DNA of 64,000 nucleotides, taken from Camelus dromedarius. Lineage: Eukaryota. The stretch is from contig NC_087437.1 in the NCBI RefSeq assembly GCF_036321535.1, positions 33,234,001 through 33,298,000 of the forward strand. Direction: 5' to 3'. A program made the translations under genes and the position numbers. Of the stretch, positions 1 through 13,839 are shown one piece after another; position 1 is the stretch's first letter; each line of letters opens with the position of its first letter. Below the pieces are notes generated by a model. That model saw only the letters and a list, made by a program, of their open reading frames with translations. It ran no database searches and was not told where the DNA came from.

Positions 1-880
1 TATCACCAGTAGCCCTCCTCACCTCTCCTCTCTGGGGACCTCATCTCATCTCTCCCTTCTTCATTTGCACTGGTCTAGTCTCCGGCCTCCGTGCGTTGAG
101 CACACTCCCTCTTGGGGCCGGTGCACCGGCTGTTCCTCCTGCCTCGACGTTGTGCTTCCCACCGGCTAGCCTCAGAGCCAGCTTCCTCCAAGGTTTTAAT
201 CCAAAGTCACATGCCCAGCAAGGTCTCCACCCCTTTTGTATTCTCCTTCCATACTTTTTTTTTAACCTTACTTTTTTAAAAGTTCGTATTGCTATTTAGA
301 ATACTACATATTTAACCTGTTCTACCCCCTAAATGGGATAGCTCTCAGTGAGAGCTGCAAGTTTTTCTGTCTTGTTCTTATTATATTCCCAGTAACTAGA
401 TTAATGACGAGCATGGAATCAGGGTTCCATAACTGCTAAATGAATGAATAAATGAATGAGGATATTATGTACCATAACTATTACTGTCTTAAGGACAGAG
501 GATGATTTTTTTTTTTTCAGATGTCAATACCAGGAAAAGTTGTGCCTTTTCTGAGCTAAGGTTTATTTTTGTCCTGGGTACTCTGTGAATTTTATACCTC
601 CTGTTTCATTTTTGTTTTGTCTATTAAGAAGTTCTAGATGTACTGTGCTGTTTTGAATACTAATATTTTCTATAAATTGGCCTTTTTGTGTAGTAATCTT
701 ACCTGTGGCCTTATCTTAGTTTGTTAGTTTTTTCCTTGTAGTGTTTTTAAAAAATTTATCTGTTGTTTAATATGAACCCTATTATACTTATTTCTCTAAG
801 CTATCTCCCATCCTGTTTTTTTGAGCAAGACAGAGATATAAATGAAAATTATGTTGCTTTTTACCCCCCTTTTCTTTCAG

Positions 881-983
881 GGAAGTACAGTAAACATGAA
901 CCTCATGGGATGGCTGTATTCTAAGGTTGAAGCTTCGTTGGGTTGTCCTGGTCACACAACCCTTGGGGTCACACTTATGATCG
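881..983 (+). CDS. MFSD1: MFSD1 internal coding exon (GSTVNMNLMGWLYSKVEASLGCPGHTTLGVTLMI-G)
   Basis: tttctttcag acceptor, gttagt donor; translation matches the recalled human MFSD1 segment GSTVNMNLMGWLYSK; 103 nt, phase 0 to 1. Earlier exons lie before the window. Confidence 0.96.
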
Positions 984-2304
984 GTTAGTGAGTCCTGACT
1001 TCTCACCTTTGTCTCTCCTGAAAGCTTGTCACATGGACTATTGAGGCAGAGAGGAAAGAACACTGGGATTGGAGTCAGACCACTTGGTTATAGTTTTGCC
1101 TGCACGGTTCACTAGTTCTTGGACCTAATTAGACATAATGAATGTAGTGGCATCATTTACCCCACTTGTGTTTTTATTTCCACTTTCCTAAAATGAGGAT
1201 CTTGTCCCACCGTGTCTGCTTCAGTGTTGTTTTGATTGGCAGTTGGGAGAGTGTGTGTGAGAATGAAAACAGGGAGTTCATACATGTAAAGTGCTAGTTA
1301 ATAGTCTGTAGGAGAAGGAGAATTGTTTCTTTTTGATCAAATTCAGTTAGTGTGCCTGTGGAGCTTAGATTTATAGAAGTCAGAGGTGATGGGTTTTGGT
1401 GGGAAATCCACCAAGTTGGCAGCCGGAGTCTGGGTTCTCGTCCTGTCCCTGACTAGTTCTGTCACCTTGGACAAGGAAGTTAACCTCTGTGTCTCAGTTT
1501 TCATTTCTGTAAAATTGTGGGTGTTTGACTAAAATGGTATAGGTCCCTTCTGGCCCTGAGTTCTTTGCTGGTTGCTGGGTGGGTCACTGAGACGCGGACG
1601 AGGCCCTCTGGATTCAGCACCCATGCTGCTTTGCTGAGCAGTGCATTTGTCTAACTGAGCCCCATGGTGTGTGGAGAGCTGCTTGCACAGCCCTGGAGAG
1701 GCCTGTGGGGTGGTGGGCTGAGGTTCTGTGCTGTCTTTTATTAGATGGGCAGCTTGTATCTAGAGACTCCTCCTTTCTTACCTCCCTCTCATGTCCTCTG
1801 CCACCTGAAACCTCTTTCTTGCTCTCCAGTGCTCTTCTGTATTCCTTCTAATTCTCCACAATGGAGAATTGAGAATCTTAAAGAATTTTAGAGCCAGAAA
1901 AGATCTGTACCATCAGGTCAAAGCCTCTAATTTTACAGATGGGAAAATTGAAGCCCAGAGAGGTTAAGTTCCTTGTCCAAGGTCAATTCAATCAGCTTGT
2001 TAGTGTCAGAAGTAGAACCCATGTCTACTGACTCTTACGTCACAATTTTTATGTAGTATTGTGTCACCAGTTAAAGATTCATTTATTTTACTAAGCTTTT
2101 TATTAAAATTCTTGAGAAGTGTAAACTTTATTCACTCCTTATCCTGATTCACTTTAATGATATAAGGTCAGCATTAGTGAGTAATGCTGAATACTCGAAG
2201 GAAAGCAGACCTGAGTGAGCTGTGCTGTGGGAGGCTGGGCCCTTTGGCCTCCACAGGGTAGGAGCAAGGGTTAGACTTCAGGAAGGAATCCAAAGGGAAG
2301 ATGA

Positions 2305-2385
2305 ATACACCAGAAATTAATACAGCATTGTAAATTGACTATACTTCAATTAAAAAAAAAACAATTTGAAAGAAGAAAAAAACAA
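2305..2385 (+). mobile_element. Extremely 5'-truncated L1 3' end with poly(A)
   Basis: acaccagaaattaatacagcattgtaaattgactatacttcaatt+A-tail, the same terminus as other L1 ends in the window; flanked by repeated ggaagatga (likely TSD). Confidence 0.7.
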
Positions 2386-2805
2386 GGAAGATGAGGTGAT
2401 CACAGAATCAAGACTTTGCTTTTATAGTTTTGTTCCCCTGGCATCCATCAATAATTGGTGCTTAAACTGGATTAAGAAATTAGGACTAAATTGCTAGCTG
2501 GTCATCAGCTTTCTTCAGTCTGTATTCTGATGACAAAGCTAGACTGGCTTTAATTTTAGTCTTTCCCCCTGGTCTGCATCCTCTGGCTGGGAGATAATAC
2601 GGTATAGCCACCGCTGTTTGAGTGCCTCCTGTGTGCGCGTCCTGTCCTTCTGTCCTGATGCAGTGATGCAGGCTTTTCACGTGTGTGTCTAGATGCCATC
2701 CCTTTCAGTTGCTGGGTTTTCTGCTGTTAACATAATATGCTGCCTTTTAGGAACCTTCAGTTTGGTTCTCTTTTAAGAATCTCTCTCTCTCTTTTTTTAT
2801 TATAG

Positions 2806-2904
2806 GGGGTATAACATGTATTCTTTCACTAGTCTGTGCCTTGGCCCTTGCTTACTTGGATCAGAGAGCAGAAAGAATCCTTCATAAAGAACAAGGAAAA
2901 ACAG
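2806..2904 (+). CDS. MFSD1: MFSD1 coding exon (GITCILSLVCALALAYLDQRAERILHKEQGKT)
   Basis: tattatag acceptor, gttagt donor, 99 nt, phase 1 to 1; recognisable MFSD1 sequence. Confidence 0.96.
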
Positions 2905-3382
2905 GTTAGTCTACATGCAAAAGTGACGCTTTTGGGAAATACGGCATTTTTGAGATAGTTTTACAATGAGGTAAGTTCCTGATGTAGTGTTGTAAACCCA
3001 GTGAGGCTGAATACACTTTTTTTTTTTTACACTTTTATTTCCAAATCTATTTCCACTTGTCTAAATTTTTGGATTCATTCTTTTTCCCCCTTAAGTGGTT
3101 TGGCAGAGCTTACGTTCTTGATTGTATATTTGCAAAATGATGAATGTTCCTGGAAGAGAGCAAAAAGGTAGATACTAATCTTAGATTTTGTTTTTTCTGT
3201 GGTCTTTTTAAGTGACCTCAGAAACTACATTTTAGTGATTTACTGAGAAAAGTTTTTTTTTGTTTGTTTATTTTGTTTTTTTTTTTTACTGAATTGTGAA
3301 GGTTAATCACATGGTAAAAGAAGACTAGTCTTGACTTAGATACACAGAACTACGCTGACGGCTTCTCCCTTTCTTCTCTAAG

Positions 3383-3494
3383 GTGAAGTTATTAAGTTAA
3401 CTGATGTGAAGGACTTCTCCTTGCCCCTGTGGCTCATCTTCATCATCTGTGTCTGCTATTATGTTGCCGTGTTCCCTTTCATTGGACTCGGGAA
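3383..3494 (+). CDS. MFSD1: MFSD1 coding exon (EVIKLTDVKDFSLPLWLIFIICVCYYVAVFPFIGLG)
   Basis: ttctctaag acceptor, gtgagt donor, 112 nt, phase 1 to 2. Confidence 0.96.
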
Positions 3495-4413
3495 GTGAGT
3501 ATTCTCTAGCGTTCCATTTTTGTTGGCTAAATGATCATGAGAATTCAATCACGTAAATGTAGTGTTTTTAAGCTTCAATCTTGTGTCCCTGGTTGTAGTT
3601 TATATTTTCATAGGAATTGTTTTACATCCTGGGATACCACTGGTTTTCTTAGCATAAGGTTTAGTACTGGTTTAATACTTATTATTAGTTTTTTTGAAGA
3701 AATACTTTAAAAGCAGTTTTTGATTCATTTTAACACTTAGTTCTGGATTCGTATTCTTTTCTATTTCCTCTTTATTTTTTTTTGTTAGGAAGCCTCTTAC
3801 TGAGAATGGAAACAGTGCATTGGCTCATAGTGACAGAGCCTGTTTCTGTTTGTATGCCTGCTGTTCTGCCAGGCTCAACTTCAGGGTCCACACCAAATTC
3901 TTCTTTGCTTTATCTTCTACCTCGCTCTCCTTTTCCATTGGCAACTACTTAAACAGAGCAGTGTTTGAGTGTGTTTGTGGGGCTGTGTCTTTGTAATTAT
4001 AACCTTTAAGTTCAGGCTGTTATTTTTTAGTTTGAGACAAGAACCCTGTATGTTATTTAGTGAAGAACCTATCTAGTATTGCTTTTAAGTAAAGTAAGCC
4101 GTCTTAATTCCTTGTCATACTACATGTGGTTTTCTGAAAATTTTGTGTATTATTCTTTGCCGTATATGTAAAAGAGGAAAAAAGTAGGCATCAGTATATT
4201 TTATTTAGTTAGTGAACTATTTATATAAATACTAAAGCTTTAGCCTGTTGCTTGAGGATGACTATCAAGTAAGATGGGGAAACAGTATGAAAAAGGGAAA
4301 GTTGACTAAACTTAGAGTTATTTTTATTCAGTTTTATTTTGACTTTACTTTTTAAAAACAGAATAGCGCTCTGTAATGTGTTCATTTCCCCACCCCCCGC
4401 CTTTTTATTTTAG

Positions 4414-4470
4414 AGTTTTCTTCACAGAGAAATTTGGATTTTCCTCCCAGGCGGCGAGTGCTATTAATAG
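4414..4470 (+). CDS. MFSD1: MFSD1 coding exon (VFFTEKFGFSSQAASAIN)
   Basis: ttattttag acceptor, gtactt donor, 57 nt, phase 2 to 2. Confidence 0.95.
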
Positions 4471-4815
4471 GTACTTCGTTAATTCTCTAATTGCATATTG
4501 TGTGCTTGGTGTGGATTTTTATTTATAACCCAGTGTTATGCAAGACAGAAAGGACGTATGTGAGCTAACATCCTCAGTGTGAAACCAAGTCTGTCTTGGG
4601 TCTTGATTCTGAACGGCAATCTTTGCATTAATGGAAAACCAAATAAGTTTTGGACCACTGTTTATATCTCTATATTTCTGTTTACTGATGACCATTTTAG
4701 AAGAATATTAAATGAAATGAGCTGGGGTTTGCTTTACCTAATGGTTTTAGGGACTTTTTGGATTTTTTGTTGCTGTGATATAATTTATTAAATGTCTTTT
4801 ATATTTTCTGGGCAG

Positions 4816-4972
4816 TATTGTGTATGTAATATCAGCTCCCATGTCCCCAGTATTTGGGCTCCTGGTGGATAAAACAGGAAAGAACATCATCTGGGTTCTG
4901 TGTGCAGTGGTGACCACCCTTGCTTCCCACATGATGCTGGCCTTTACGCTGTGGAACCCTTGGATTGCTATG
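4816..4972 (+). CDS. MFSD1: MFSD1 coding exon (IVYVISAPMSPVFGLLVDKTGKNIIWVLCAVVTTLASHMMLAFTLWNPWIAM)
   Basis: ctgggcag acceptor, gtaacg donor, 157 nt; MFS motif-A-like GLLVDKTGK; overlaps ORF 4820..5059. Confidence 0.96.
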
Positions 4973-6273
4973 GTAACGTCACTGCTGACTCCTGGGGGCT
5001 CAGGGCTTCAGGGAGGACTCTGTATAGCACCTGCCAGGAGCCGCGCTCAGCTTTTCTGATAGCAGTGCTTGTGACAGTGGGGAAAACACTGACTTGATTT
5101 CAGTTTTTATGGAGTAACTATTCTTAGAGTATATAAATATGAATCATTAATGCATAAAGTATTTTTGATTTCATTTGGCTTATTTAACTACTCTCAATGT
5201 TGTTATAGAATTTGAAATAAAATAGTCGTATAAAAGCCAGAATGCTTGTTAATTCCTTATATTTTTCTGTACTTCATTAAAAGAAGTCATTCTATCATAG
5301 GTGGCAAAAAAAAAAAATCTATCAGCCCAATATCTGATTTTGCATTCTTTTGTCTTTGACTCTTAGTAGGTCAGGAAGTAATAATGAGTTCATCAAGTTT
5401 TTGTTATTGTTCTTCAGAATGTCATTCTTAAGACCATAGGCTGAAGTGCTGCATTTCTTACCTTTTAATAAAGGGACTTGGACGTAGATATTCTCACTTG
5501 GTGAGAATTCTGTGGGACGGATTCCTAGAAGTAGAAATGCTATAGCAGAGGCTTTGCACAGTTCGCGTCTTGATGGATACTGTGAAACCTCTCCTCCAAT
5601 AACTTTCTACTCATTTATAGCTTTACCAATAATATATGAATATTTGTGTGTGTTGTTTTAAAGTATTCTTGCCATTGTTGGACATCGGCATTATGTTAAT
5701 CATTGCCAATCTGATAGGGGTAAATGATCTTACTTTAACTTAAATGATAAGGTATCTTCCTTAATTGAAGAAAAAGTTAGCATTAAGTGATGTTAAGCAG
5801 TCAGTGGTTGTTGCTGTTTCTCTGAGAACCCAGCTCTCCATCTGGGTGGTGATGACCCAGAGGTCAGGTAATGGACTATCGGCGTGATGTTACCTTGATT
5901 GCTTAATTTGTTTTAATTCCTAATAAATACTGGAAAATTAGCTTGCCTAAGACGTTGGTAGTAACTTTTTGCAAATTAGCTTTATTTTCTTGCTTGGTCT
6001 TTGACTGCACCCTAGGCCCAGCCAATTATATGTACATATAATTTAAAATGGTTAAGACAGTGTTGTGTATTTTGTCACTAGAGGGACACTGTTAGAGAGG
6101 GCCAGGACTTTTCTGTATTGAATATGAGTTTTTAGTCTTATTATTTTGCAGTACAATTTACATGAATATTCATATATTAGTTATTATGTCATTCTTGCTA
6201 ATCTGCATCAAAGGAAAATCAGCTTTTGGTTAATATAAGGCTTTTTTACCCTTTTCCATATTGCTTTCTATAG

Positions 6274-6371
6274 TGTCTCCTGGGACTGTCCTATTCGTTG
6301 CTTGCCTGTGCACTGTGGCCAATGGTGGCATTTGTAGTTCCTGAACATCAACTAGGAACTGCATATGGCTT
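6274..6371 (+). CDS. MFSD1: MFSD1 coding exon (CLLGLSYSLLACALWPMVAFVVPEHQLGTAYG)
   Basis: tttctatag acceptor, gtaagt donor, 98 nt, phase 0 to 2. Confidence 0.96.
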
Positions 6372-6938
6372 GTAAGTGTTTGCACCGTGGATCGTATAAT
6401 GTCTCTCTGCTGTAATAACTTAATTATCTTCAGGCTTCTGGGACAGCTCTGAACCTGGAAATAACTAGAAAAGTCAATTAACCTATTTATGTTATTATTG
6501 TGGCAAAAAAAAAGTGCTCTGAGCCTCCAGCAAGAGTGCTGGAGATAAACTAACCCATAAGAGGTAATTGCTGACAGGACCATCCCATGGTCCATCTGTC
6601 TCAGGGCTTCTCAGTGAGAAGTTGAGTTACAGTCTGGCATAAAAGGCCAAAGTGGAAACCACGTTTGTGGTTGGTATTCACTTAACCCTTTCATTCAGCA
6701 GGAAGGTGTTGAGATCATACTGCACTTATTAACTCCCTTACCTCTGAGCATAAAGTTTAGAGTGATAACAATCATGTGGTAAGAAAGTGAATCTAATCAC
6801 ATCATTCCTGATCGAAAACATCTCTTAACACTAATAGTATGTGGTTTGTAGATACGAGTGTTTATAGTAAATTGCTCCTCAGTGTGTGAAGACTTTAGAA
6901 TTGACATGTGTTTTTTCTTTTAATTTCTTAAATTGTAG

Positions 6939-7051
6939 CATGCAGTCCATTCAGAATCTTGGGTTGGCAGTCATTTCCATCATTGCTGGCATGATACTGG
7001 ATACTCGGGGATATTTGTTTTTAGAAGTTTTCTTCATTGCCTGTGTTTCTT
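6939..7051 (+). CDS. MFSD1: MFSD1 coding exon (MQSIQNLGLAVISIIAGMILDTRGYLFLEVFFIACVS)
   Basis: aattgtag acceptor, gtaagt donor, 113 nt, phase 2 to 1; overlaps ORF 6886..7095. Confidence 0.96.
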
Positions 7052-8555
7052 GTAAGTGCGCCACCTGGCAACATTCAGTTTCTTTTAATACGTAGCGGAA
7101 TGTTCTCATTTATACTTTGAGGTTTTGGTTGTTACGGTTCTCTTTTCCATTTTGTAAACCAGATCCCTAAGCTGTATCACTCAGATTTGCCTGTTTTTTT
7201 GCCTGTGCATCAGTTTCCCAGCTAGTGACTTTTTAGTTCTCTGAAGATTCACAGGTATTTTTCAAGGAGATTCCAAACCTTAAAGACAGCAATGGAATCT
7301 GCTTTATATTCTGTTTAAAATATTTATGGTTTTTAAAAACACTTTCCCCTTTAAAGTAGAACCATTTGAAGGGTCCTGAGTACGTCCCTGGTGTGACTGT
7401 GTGGACACTGACATGGCTTAGGTGTGAGTGCTCGTGGTTTATTCATTAGGCAATTTTGAACTCCTTTTGTTCTTAGTCCTGTTGCTTAATTTTTACCTGT
7501 AATGATTCATTGGTGAAAAATAGGAAGCATTAGGAAACTGCTGAAATCTACAACAATAAGTCAGCATTTTCCCACTGATAGTATTTACCTTACACATCAG
7601 TTGTGTTCATCTGAAAAAAATTTTCACAAAACATATCAAGATGTCTTTTACACTTCGATAAATTCTGTTTAAAGTAGCAATCCCAGTGATGATTTTATCA
7701 GATTTCATTTTCATGTATAGGAATAAATACTATACTTGGCAAGTGTGGTATTTGCAGATAATTGCTTATGTATAGCCTGAATACATTTTATTATCTCAGT
7801 TTTAGAAATGAGCACATCAGATTTTAAAAATATATTATTTCTTTTTAAGTAGTGGGCCATGTAAGAGTTCAGAATCCTAAGTCATGAAAGTGTTTTTGAG
7901 TATTTTTGATGCTGCAACATGTGGTTTAATTTCAGTCAGTGGTTCCATATAAATTTGGCTCTCAAACCAAACACCATGCTATTTAAAAATATTTCTGTTG
8001 ATGTATTAATTTAAAATAAATTCAGTGTGCCACACTTGTTTCAGTAAAAAGCCATGTACCTGACTTTCTGAGACCTTCACTGGTTCTGGGTTTCTGGGAG
8101 CTTAATGACCACGTTTTAACGTTTGATTAGTTTATAAAATGAACATGGTGTTTTCAGATTTAAAACCCCCAAAGGAGTACTTCTACTTGGCTCTGTAGAA
8201 ATTAAACAGCCTAATGGCTGGCAGGAGTTGTGAAGAAGTGCTGGGAACGACCAGCAGTTCCAGAGAGAGAGGAAGGAGGTGGCTTGGCCTCTTCTTCTAG
8301 GGTCGGGTGTCTCAGTTTCTCTTTTTCTGTCCCTGCCATCCCTTGGCTCAGGTTTTAAAAATATATTTCTCATGGAGAAAATGGTGTGTAACTTATTTTT
8401 AGTACTTTTTGGAAAATGATGTGAACAGTGTTTTTATTTTTAAATGCTAATTAGTAAAGATTTGATTTTCTAAGCTTTTCTTTGTAATTATGATGACATA
8501 GGAATCATTGGGAAGAAGCACATGTTTTTAGGGCCGTATGTTTTTTCACTTCCAG

Positions 8556-8603
8556 TGTCACTCTTATCTGTGGTCTTACTCTACTTGGTGAATCGTGCCC
8601 AAG
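8556..8603 (+). CDS. MFSD1: MFSD1 coding exon (SLLSVVLLYLVNRAQ)
   Basis: cacttccag acceptor, gtaagt donor, 48 nt, phase 1 to 1. Confidence 0.95.
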
Positions 8604-9482
8604 GTAAGTAGAAGTTCAGATATTTTCTTTCTTAAACCACAGTGGATCATCTTGTGGGCTCCCTGGACTGTCCCCAGGCCTCTGGCGAGGCCAGTGCTTT
8701 AGTTCATGTAATAGCATTTCATTCATAGTGATGGAAACACATTCCATTGTGAAACATCATTATGTTCATATTTATTAAAATTGTTGTCATATTCTTCCTG
8801 GACAGTTCAATTTAAGCTTTGTAATATAAAGTTTTAGATGCTCTTTTTATACTAGCACAAAGAAGTATGTTTTTTAAAAAAGTAACCTAAAGCCCTTCTT
8901 GTGTTACTGTCTTATAGTTTAAAAAAGTGAGAAGTAAATACATTCGTAGCTGTAATTTGCATTTTAAGGTTTAAAGTGTTTGATATAGAATGAGAAACTG
9001 CAGATCTTTTCATTTGCTAATATCTAGTATATACATTTGTGTTTCTTTCTTTTTTTTTTTTTTTTTTGCTCTTTATAAGATTTTGATATCACCGTTATTA
9101 ATTTTTCTAAACTGGCTCCCTCCTAAGGATTGTCATGCACTTGGAAGAATGATGCTGTTTAAATAATTTTAGGTCATTTCCTTTAATGTCTCCTAATTTT
9201 CACTACTATTGAATACTGATGCAGGGTCCCAATGAGCAAAACCTCAAGCAATACATTGGTCCATATTTTCTTTTAAAAAGCTAAAATTGAGGAGTGATTA
9301 TTTGTATCATATAAGGATTCTTAAAAAACAGTTTTTCCCCCTTGGGAAGTTTCTAGGAGATAAACTATTTCTCACCTTCCATAGCCTTTTACGTTACTTA
9401 AAGGCGTGTGTGTATGTGTGCATGCTTGAATTTTACTCATGATAGTTATATTGAAAAGATCCTGTGCTTATTTGTGTTTTAG

Positions 9483-9540
9483 GTGGCAACCTAAATTATT
9501 CTGCAAAACAAAGGGAAGAAATAAAACTTTCTCATGCAGA
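9483..9540 (+). CDS. MFSD1: MFSD1 penultimate coding exon (GNLNYSAKQREEIKLSHA)
   Basis: gtgttttag acceptor, gtaagt donor, 58 nt, phase 1 to 2. Confidence 0.95.
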
Positions 9541-10812
9541 GTAAGTATTAAAGGAGAGAAAAGTTGTCTTTATTTTGAAAATCTTAGAACATTAGCATTT
9601 TATTTCAAGAGACTGGGTTTAGACTTTGAAGAAATTAGTCTTTTTCTTGAGTTTTGAGAGCTAATGATTACCTCTAGAACTATTAAAGCAAAATTCTTGT
9701 TTGTGTTAGAAAATGTTAAAAGGGATATCAAAGGTTAAAAGGAAGGGGGTAAAGAACAAATTAGGCTTTAAATTGTCTTCAGAGAGAAGAGAGAGACCTG
9801 AAGTATTTGTATTTTATTGGAGGAGAGATCTTTGTCCTGACTTCCTGTGCTGGGTTCACCCTTCCATTCTTTCTCATATTTTCTTTTTCTTAACTGGTTG
9901 AGATAATCTTATCTTCTCCTGGTACTAACATGCTATTCTGTGTAATCTGACTCATTTATGTAAGTGTGAGGTTTAAGTTAAATTAATTTTTCCATGACTG
10001 TGTGCTAAAACATAGTAGTGATTCTATTTCTTGTTATTTCTAACTTTTTAGACGTTGAATTTTTTATGATTTAAAAAATTTATTTGTAAATATATACCAT
10101 ATGACTAAGTTTTGTGAATTTTGAATAGATTAAAATCAGGTAGAACAAGGCTGTGTTTTCAGGGGGCTGATTCTTGGCCATCTCAAATTCCCTTTAACAT
10201 AGTAATTCTCCTAGAAATACATCTTTAGAAAATAATCTGATGTGTTGCAAGTTTTAGATATCTTTATAAGTGTCTTGTTAATTGTATCAAAAAAACTGAA
10301 ACAACATATATGTCCCCACTAGGGAAATGCTGAAACATATTATGACATGTCCATATCACTTGTTGTTAAAATCATGTTTTAGAAGGATTATTAAAGTCAG
10401 AGATATTCAACATGCTGTATGTTAAGTAAACAAAAGATAAAAAATGCAAATATAATATCCTAATTTTATTCAAGAAAATGTATGCAGGCATGTGTGTTTC
10501 TTAAATCCATTACCTGTGTATAATAGAAAAAATACTGAAAGAGAAATCTCCAAATACTAACAAATCCATTTGAATGGCAGGGTTAGAAGAGTTTATTTTT
10601 TTTTCTTGGCTTTTTAGTGTTTTCCAAGTTTTCTGCATCGATCCTGTATTACTTTTATAATGAAGAGGAGTAAAAAGATTATCCAGCAAAATGTGTTACT
10701 TAGTATTTGGCACTGCATGTTTTATAGTGGTTATGGTTTCCATTCTGTGATGGTGGGGTTTTGTGTTTTTTCCCCTCCCTTTTTGGATAATTTATTGTAT
10801 TGTGTTTTGCAG

Positions 10813-10816
10813 ATGA
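10813..10816 (+). CDS. MFSD1: MFSD1 terminal exon, coding part (completes GA|A = Glu, then TGA)
   Basis: tgtgttttgcag acceptor followed by A TGA gives C-terminus ...SHAE*, matching the recalled human ...SHTE*. Confidence 0.85.
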
Positions 10817-11830
10817 GAAGTTTAAATGACTGTGACATGAGAATGGGCTGCACACATCATTGGTTTGAAAACCTCCATTTTTTTTTTTTTTAAATTTAGA
10901 GTTTAGATGTTAGGAAGAATAATGATCTGAAGAGTTACTATATTTATATTTTGAATATACCTATTTTAAAGTAGAATTGTGAGGCCTATTTTAGCCTGTG
11001 TCTCTTGTATTGCTGAAGAATTCTGCTTTGGAATAGGCTAATCAATGATGAAGTTTAGAAAATTGCACCTGGTAACATGCAGGTGATTTTGAGTAAGGAC
11101 AGTAAATGATGGAAATCTTTGGATCTTGTATTGAGATAATTTTCACAAAGTGTACTTTAGGGCTATGCCTTTTATTTATCTTAAAGGAAAAAAAAAGGCT
11201 TTTGAGTGGGTAGAAGGAATGTTTTATATAGAATAAACAATGGCATTTTAATAATCACTCCCTATTGTAATAGGGAATACTTGAAAGATATTTTTATGAA
11301 GTCTCAGTTGCACAAATGGCAGATGGAGTTCTGACCTCTCCACTTAGGAGAGGTTGCCGAGCAGTGACCCTTCTTATTCTCTCTGTTACTGAGGACCTGG
11401 ACCCCTTGGGGACATGATTTTGTGGTACAAACTTTCTGTACAGTTTTTCTTATAGTCCAATTAATTACTAAAAAGTGTCCTGTAAATTATGATAATTGCA
11501 TATCTACAAGGATAAATAAAAATGCTGCAAAAGGAATACAGGATGTCCTTTAACTTTTGATTTTAAAAAACATGTTAAAACACTGATTTTAATTCTTATT
11601 TATGTGGAAAGTTTTCTCTATAAGAAAATCTAAGTTGTAATAAAGAAAATTTGCCTAGTTACAATCATTGAAGAATTATGGGAGTAGTTTTTTCTTCAGA
11701 GCAGGACTTTAAGTAACATTTATGTTTCTTGCATTAAATAAAATACGGAAATGAAATTTCTGACAAACACTTTAGTTGACTTAGTCTTGTCATATTGCAT
11801 ATTAAAGTCAAGGAATATTTTATGTGTTTT
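10817..11830 (+). terminator. MFSD1: MFSD1 3' UTR with candidate polyadenylation signals
   Basis: AATAAA at 11232, 11515, 11639 and 11737; ATTAAA at 11801 followed by GT-rich tatgtgttttgctttctgtg. The site actually used cannot be determined from sequence. Confidence 0.6.
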
Positions 11831-12579
11831 GCTTTCTGTGGACATGCAGGTAGTTTAGACAACTACTGTTTAATGTATTTAGCTGATTTTATTGTTTGAA
11901 GTACATGGCATAAGATTGTATGCTTTAAAGCTCTAGACCAGCTTGAGAGTGAATTCCTTATTCAGGGTAAGTTTATTTACATCCATTTTTCTGATTTTTG
12001 GTTTATTGTGTTGTTACTCAGTTGTTAGTTCCTTAGGCCTTGACTGCCATGTGATGGTCCTGGCTCATGGCTATTGAAAATTGGCCTTCCCAGCTGGGAC
12101 AAGTCTGCTGCTGCTTTCGTGGTCTGGCCACTGCCTCACTCTTTCCACTACCCCTGGGCCTCAGCTCCAGGCCTCTGTGTGCCAGCTGTTTACATTTCTT
12201 CAAATTGGTCATGCTCCTTCCCTTCCGAGGGTCTTTGTCCATGCTGCTCCCTCTGCTTAGAATATTTTATCCAGGATTCTCTACAACCTGGTTTCCCAGG
12301 ATTTACAACAGAAAACTTTAGCCCCAGCTCGGAACCCTTCTTCCTGTGGAAACTCTTGCAGACCCTTCAGGCTATATCAGGTTCTTCTAAAATTCCTGTG
12401 GTCTTTGAACAACCCTGCACTTTTCCTTCTTACCTTACCTCAGCTTTTACTGAAGAATTTGATGGGGTATCTATTGCTTCCTTTATAAGCTCCCTGAGGG
12501 CAGGGGCTGTGTCTGTTATGTTAATAACGACTGTGTTGATAGTGCCTAGCACAAAGTAGGCATAAAAAATTTTTTTTTC

Positions 12580-13100
12580 TTTTTAATAGACTTATTTTTT
12601 TTAGAACAGTTTCAGGTTTACAGCAGAATTGAGCAGAAAATACTGAGTTCCCACATAGCCCTCCCCACCCACACATATATACTCCCCTACCCTCAACACC
12701 CCTCATCAGTGTGATATATTTGGTACAATCGATGAACCAACCTGGGCACATTATTATCAAGCAAAGCCCATAGTTTACACTAGGGTTCACTCTTGATGTT
12801 GTGCATTCTATGGGTTTTGACAAATGCATAATGACATGTAGCTACCACTATAGTATCATATGGAATAATTTCATTGCCCTAAAAATCCCTTGTGCTCCAT
12901 CTGTTCATTCCTCCCCACCTCCTTCTCCCTAGACCCCTGGAAACCACGATCTTTTTATTGTTTCTGTAGCTGTGCCTTTTCCAGAATGTCATTTGGTTGG
13001 AATCGTACAGTTTGTAGCCTTTTCAGACTGGCTTCTTTCATTTAGTAATATGTTTTTTTAAGTTTCTTCTATGTCTTTCATGGCTTGATAGATATTTTTT
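12580..13100 (-). mobile_element. Old L1 (L1M-type) 3' fragment
   Basis: Poly-T followed by typical L1 3' UTR text (ccttttccagaatgtcatttggttggaatcgtacag, gactggcttctttcatttag). Confidence 0.7.
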
Positions 13101-13214
13101 TTTACTGCACATACATTTTTTAATTTACATATATGTACTGTTCATTGTTTTTAAGAATGTTTAGAGCTTTAGCTTTTTAAATTTACATAGTTATCAAAGG
13201 AATAAAGCCAACCA

Positions 13215-13785
13215 CAAAATAAGAATTAACTCAAAAAGATACATACACCCTGCTATTAACAGCAGAATTACTTATAATTGCCAAGATATGGAAGCATCCT
13301 AAGTGCACATCAGTAGTTGAATAGATAATAAAGATGCAGCGTATATATATACACATTTTATATATATGTATATGTGTATATATATATATATATGTGTGTA
13401 TATATATATAATGTAATACAACTCACCCATAAAAAAGAAGGATATTTCGCCATTTGTGGCCCTTCATTCACTTTTTTTTTTTTACTTCAAAAACCAGAAT
13501 TTTATAACTGGCAGAGACATTTCCATTACATCAAAAACAACAGAACACCTGGAAATAAACTTAACCAAGGAGGTCACCTATACTCTGAAAACCGAAATGA
13601 CACTAAGAAATGGAAAGATTTCTTGTGCTCTTGGATTGGAAGAATGGCCACACTACCCAAAGCAATCCACAGATCCAACCCAACCCCCATCAAAATACTC
13701 AAGATTCCTCACAGAACTAGAACAAACAATTCCAAAATTTATAAGGAACCACAAAAGACCCCAAACAGCCAAAACAATCTTTTGT
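13215..13785 (+). mobile_element. L1 ORF2 fragments
   Basis: Translations LEINLTKEV and LTELEQTIPKFIRNHKRPQTAKTI resemble L1 ORF2p; (TA/TG)n inside. Confidence 0.8.
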
Positions 13786-13839
13786 AAGTCTCTCTCTTTT
13801 TTTTCTCTTTCTTCTTTTTGTTCTCTTTTCTTACCGTTT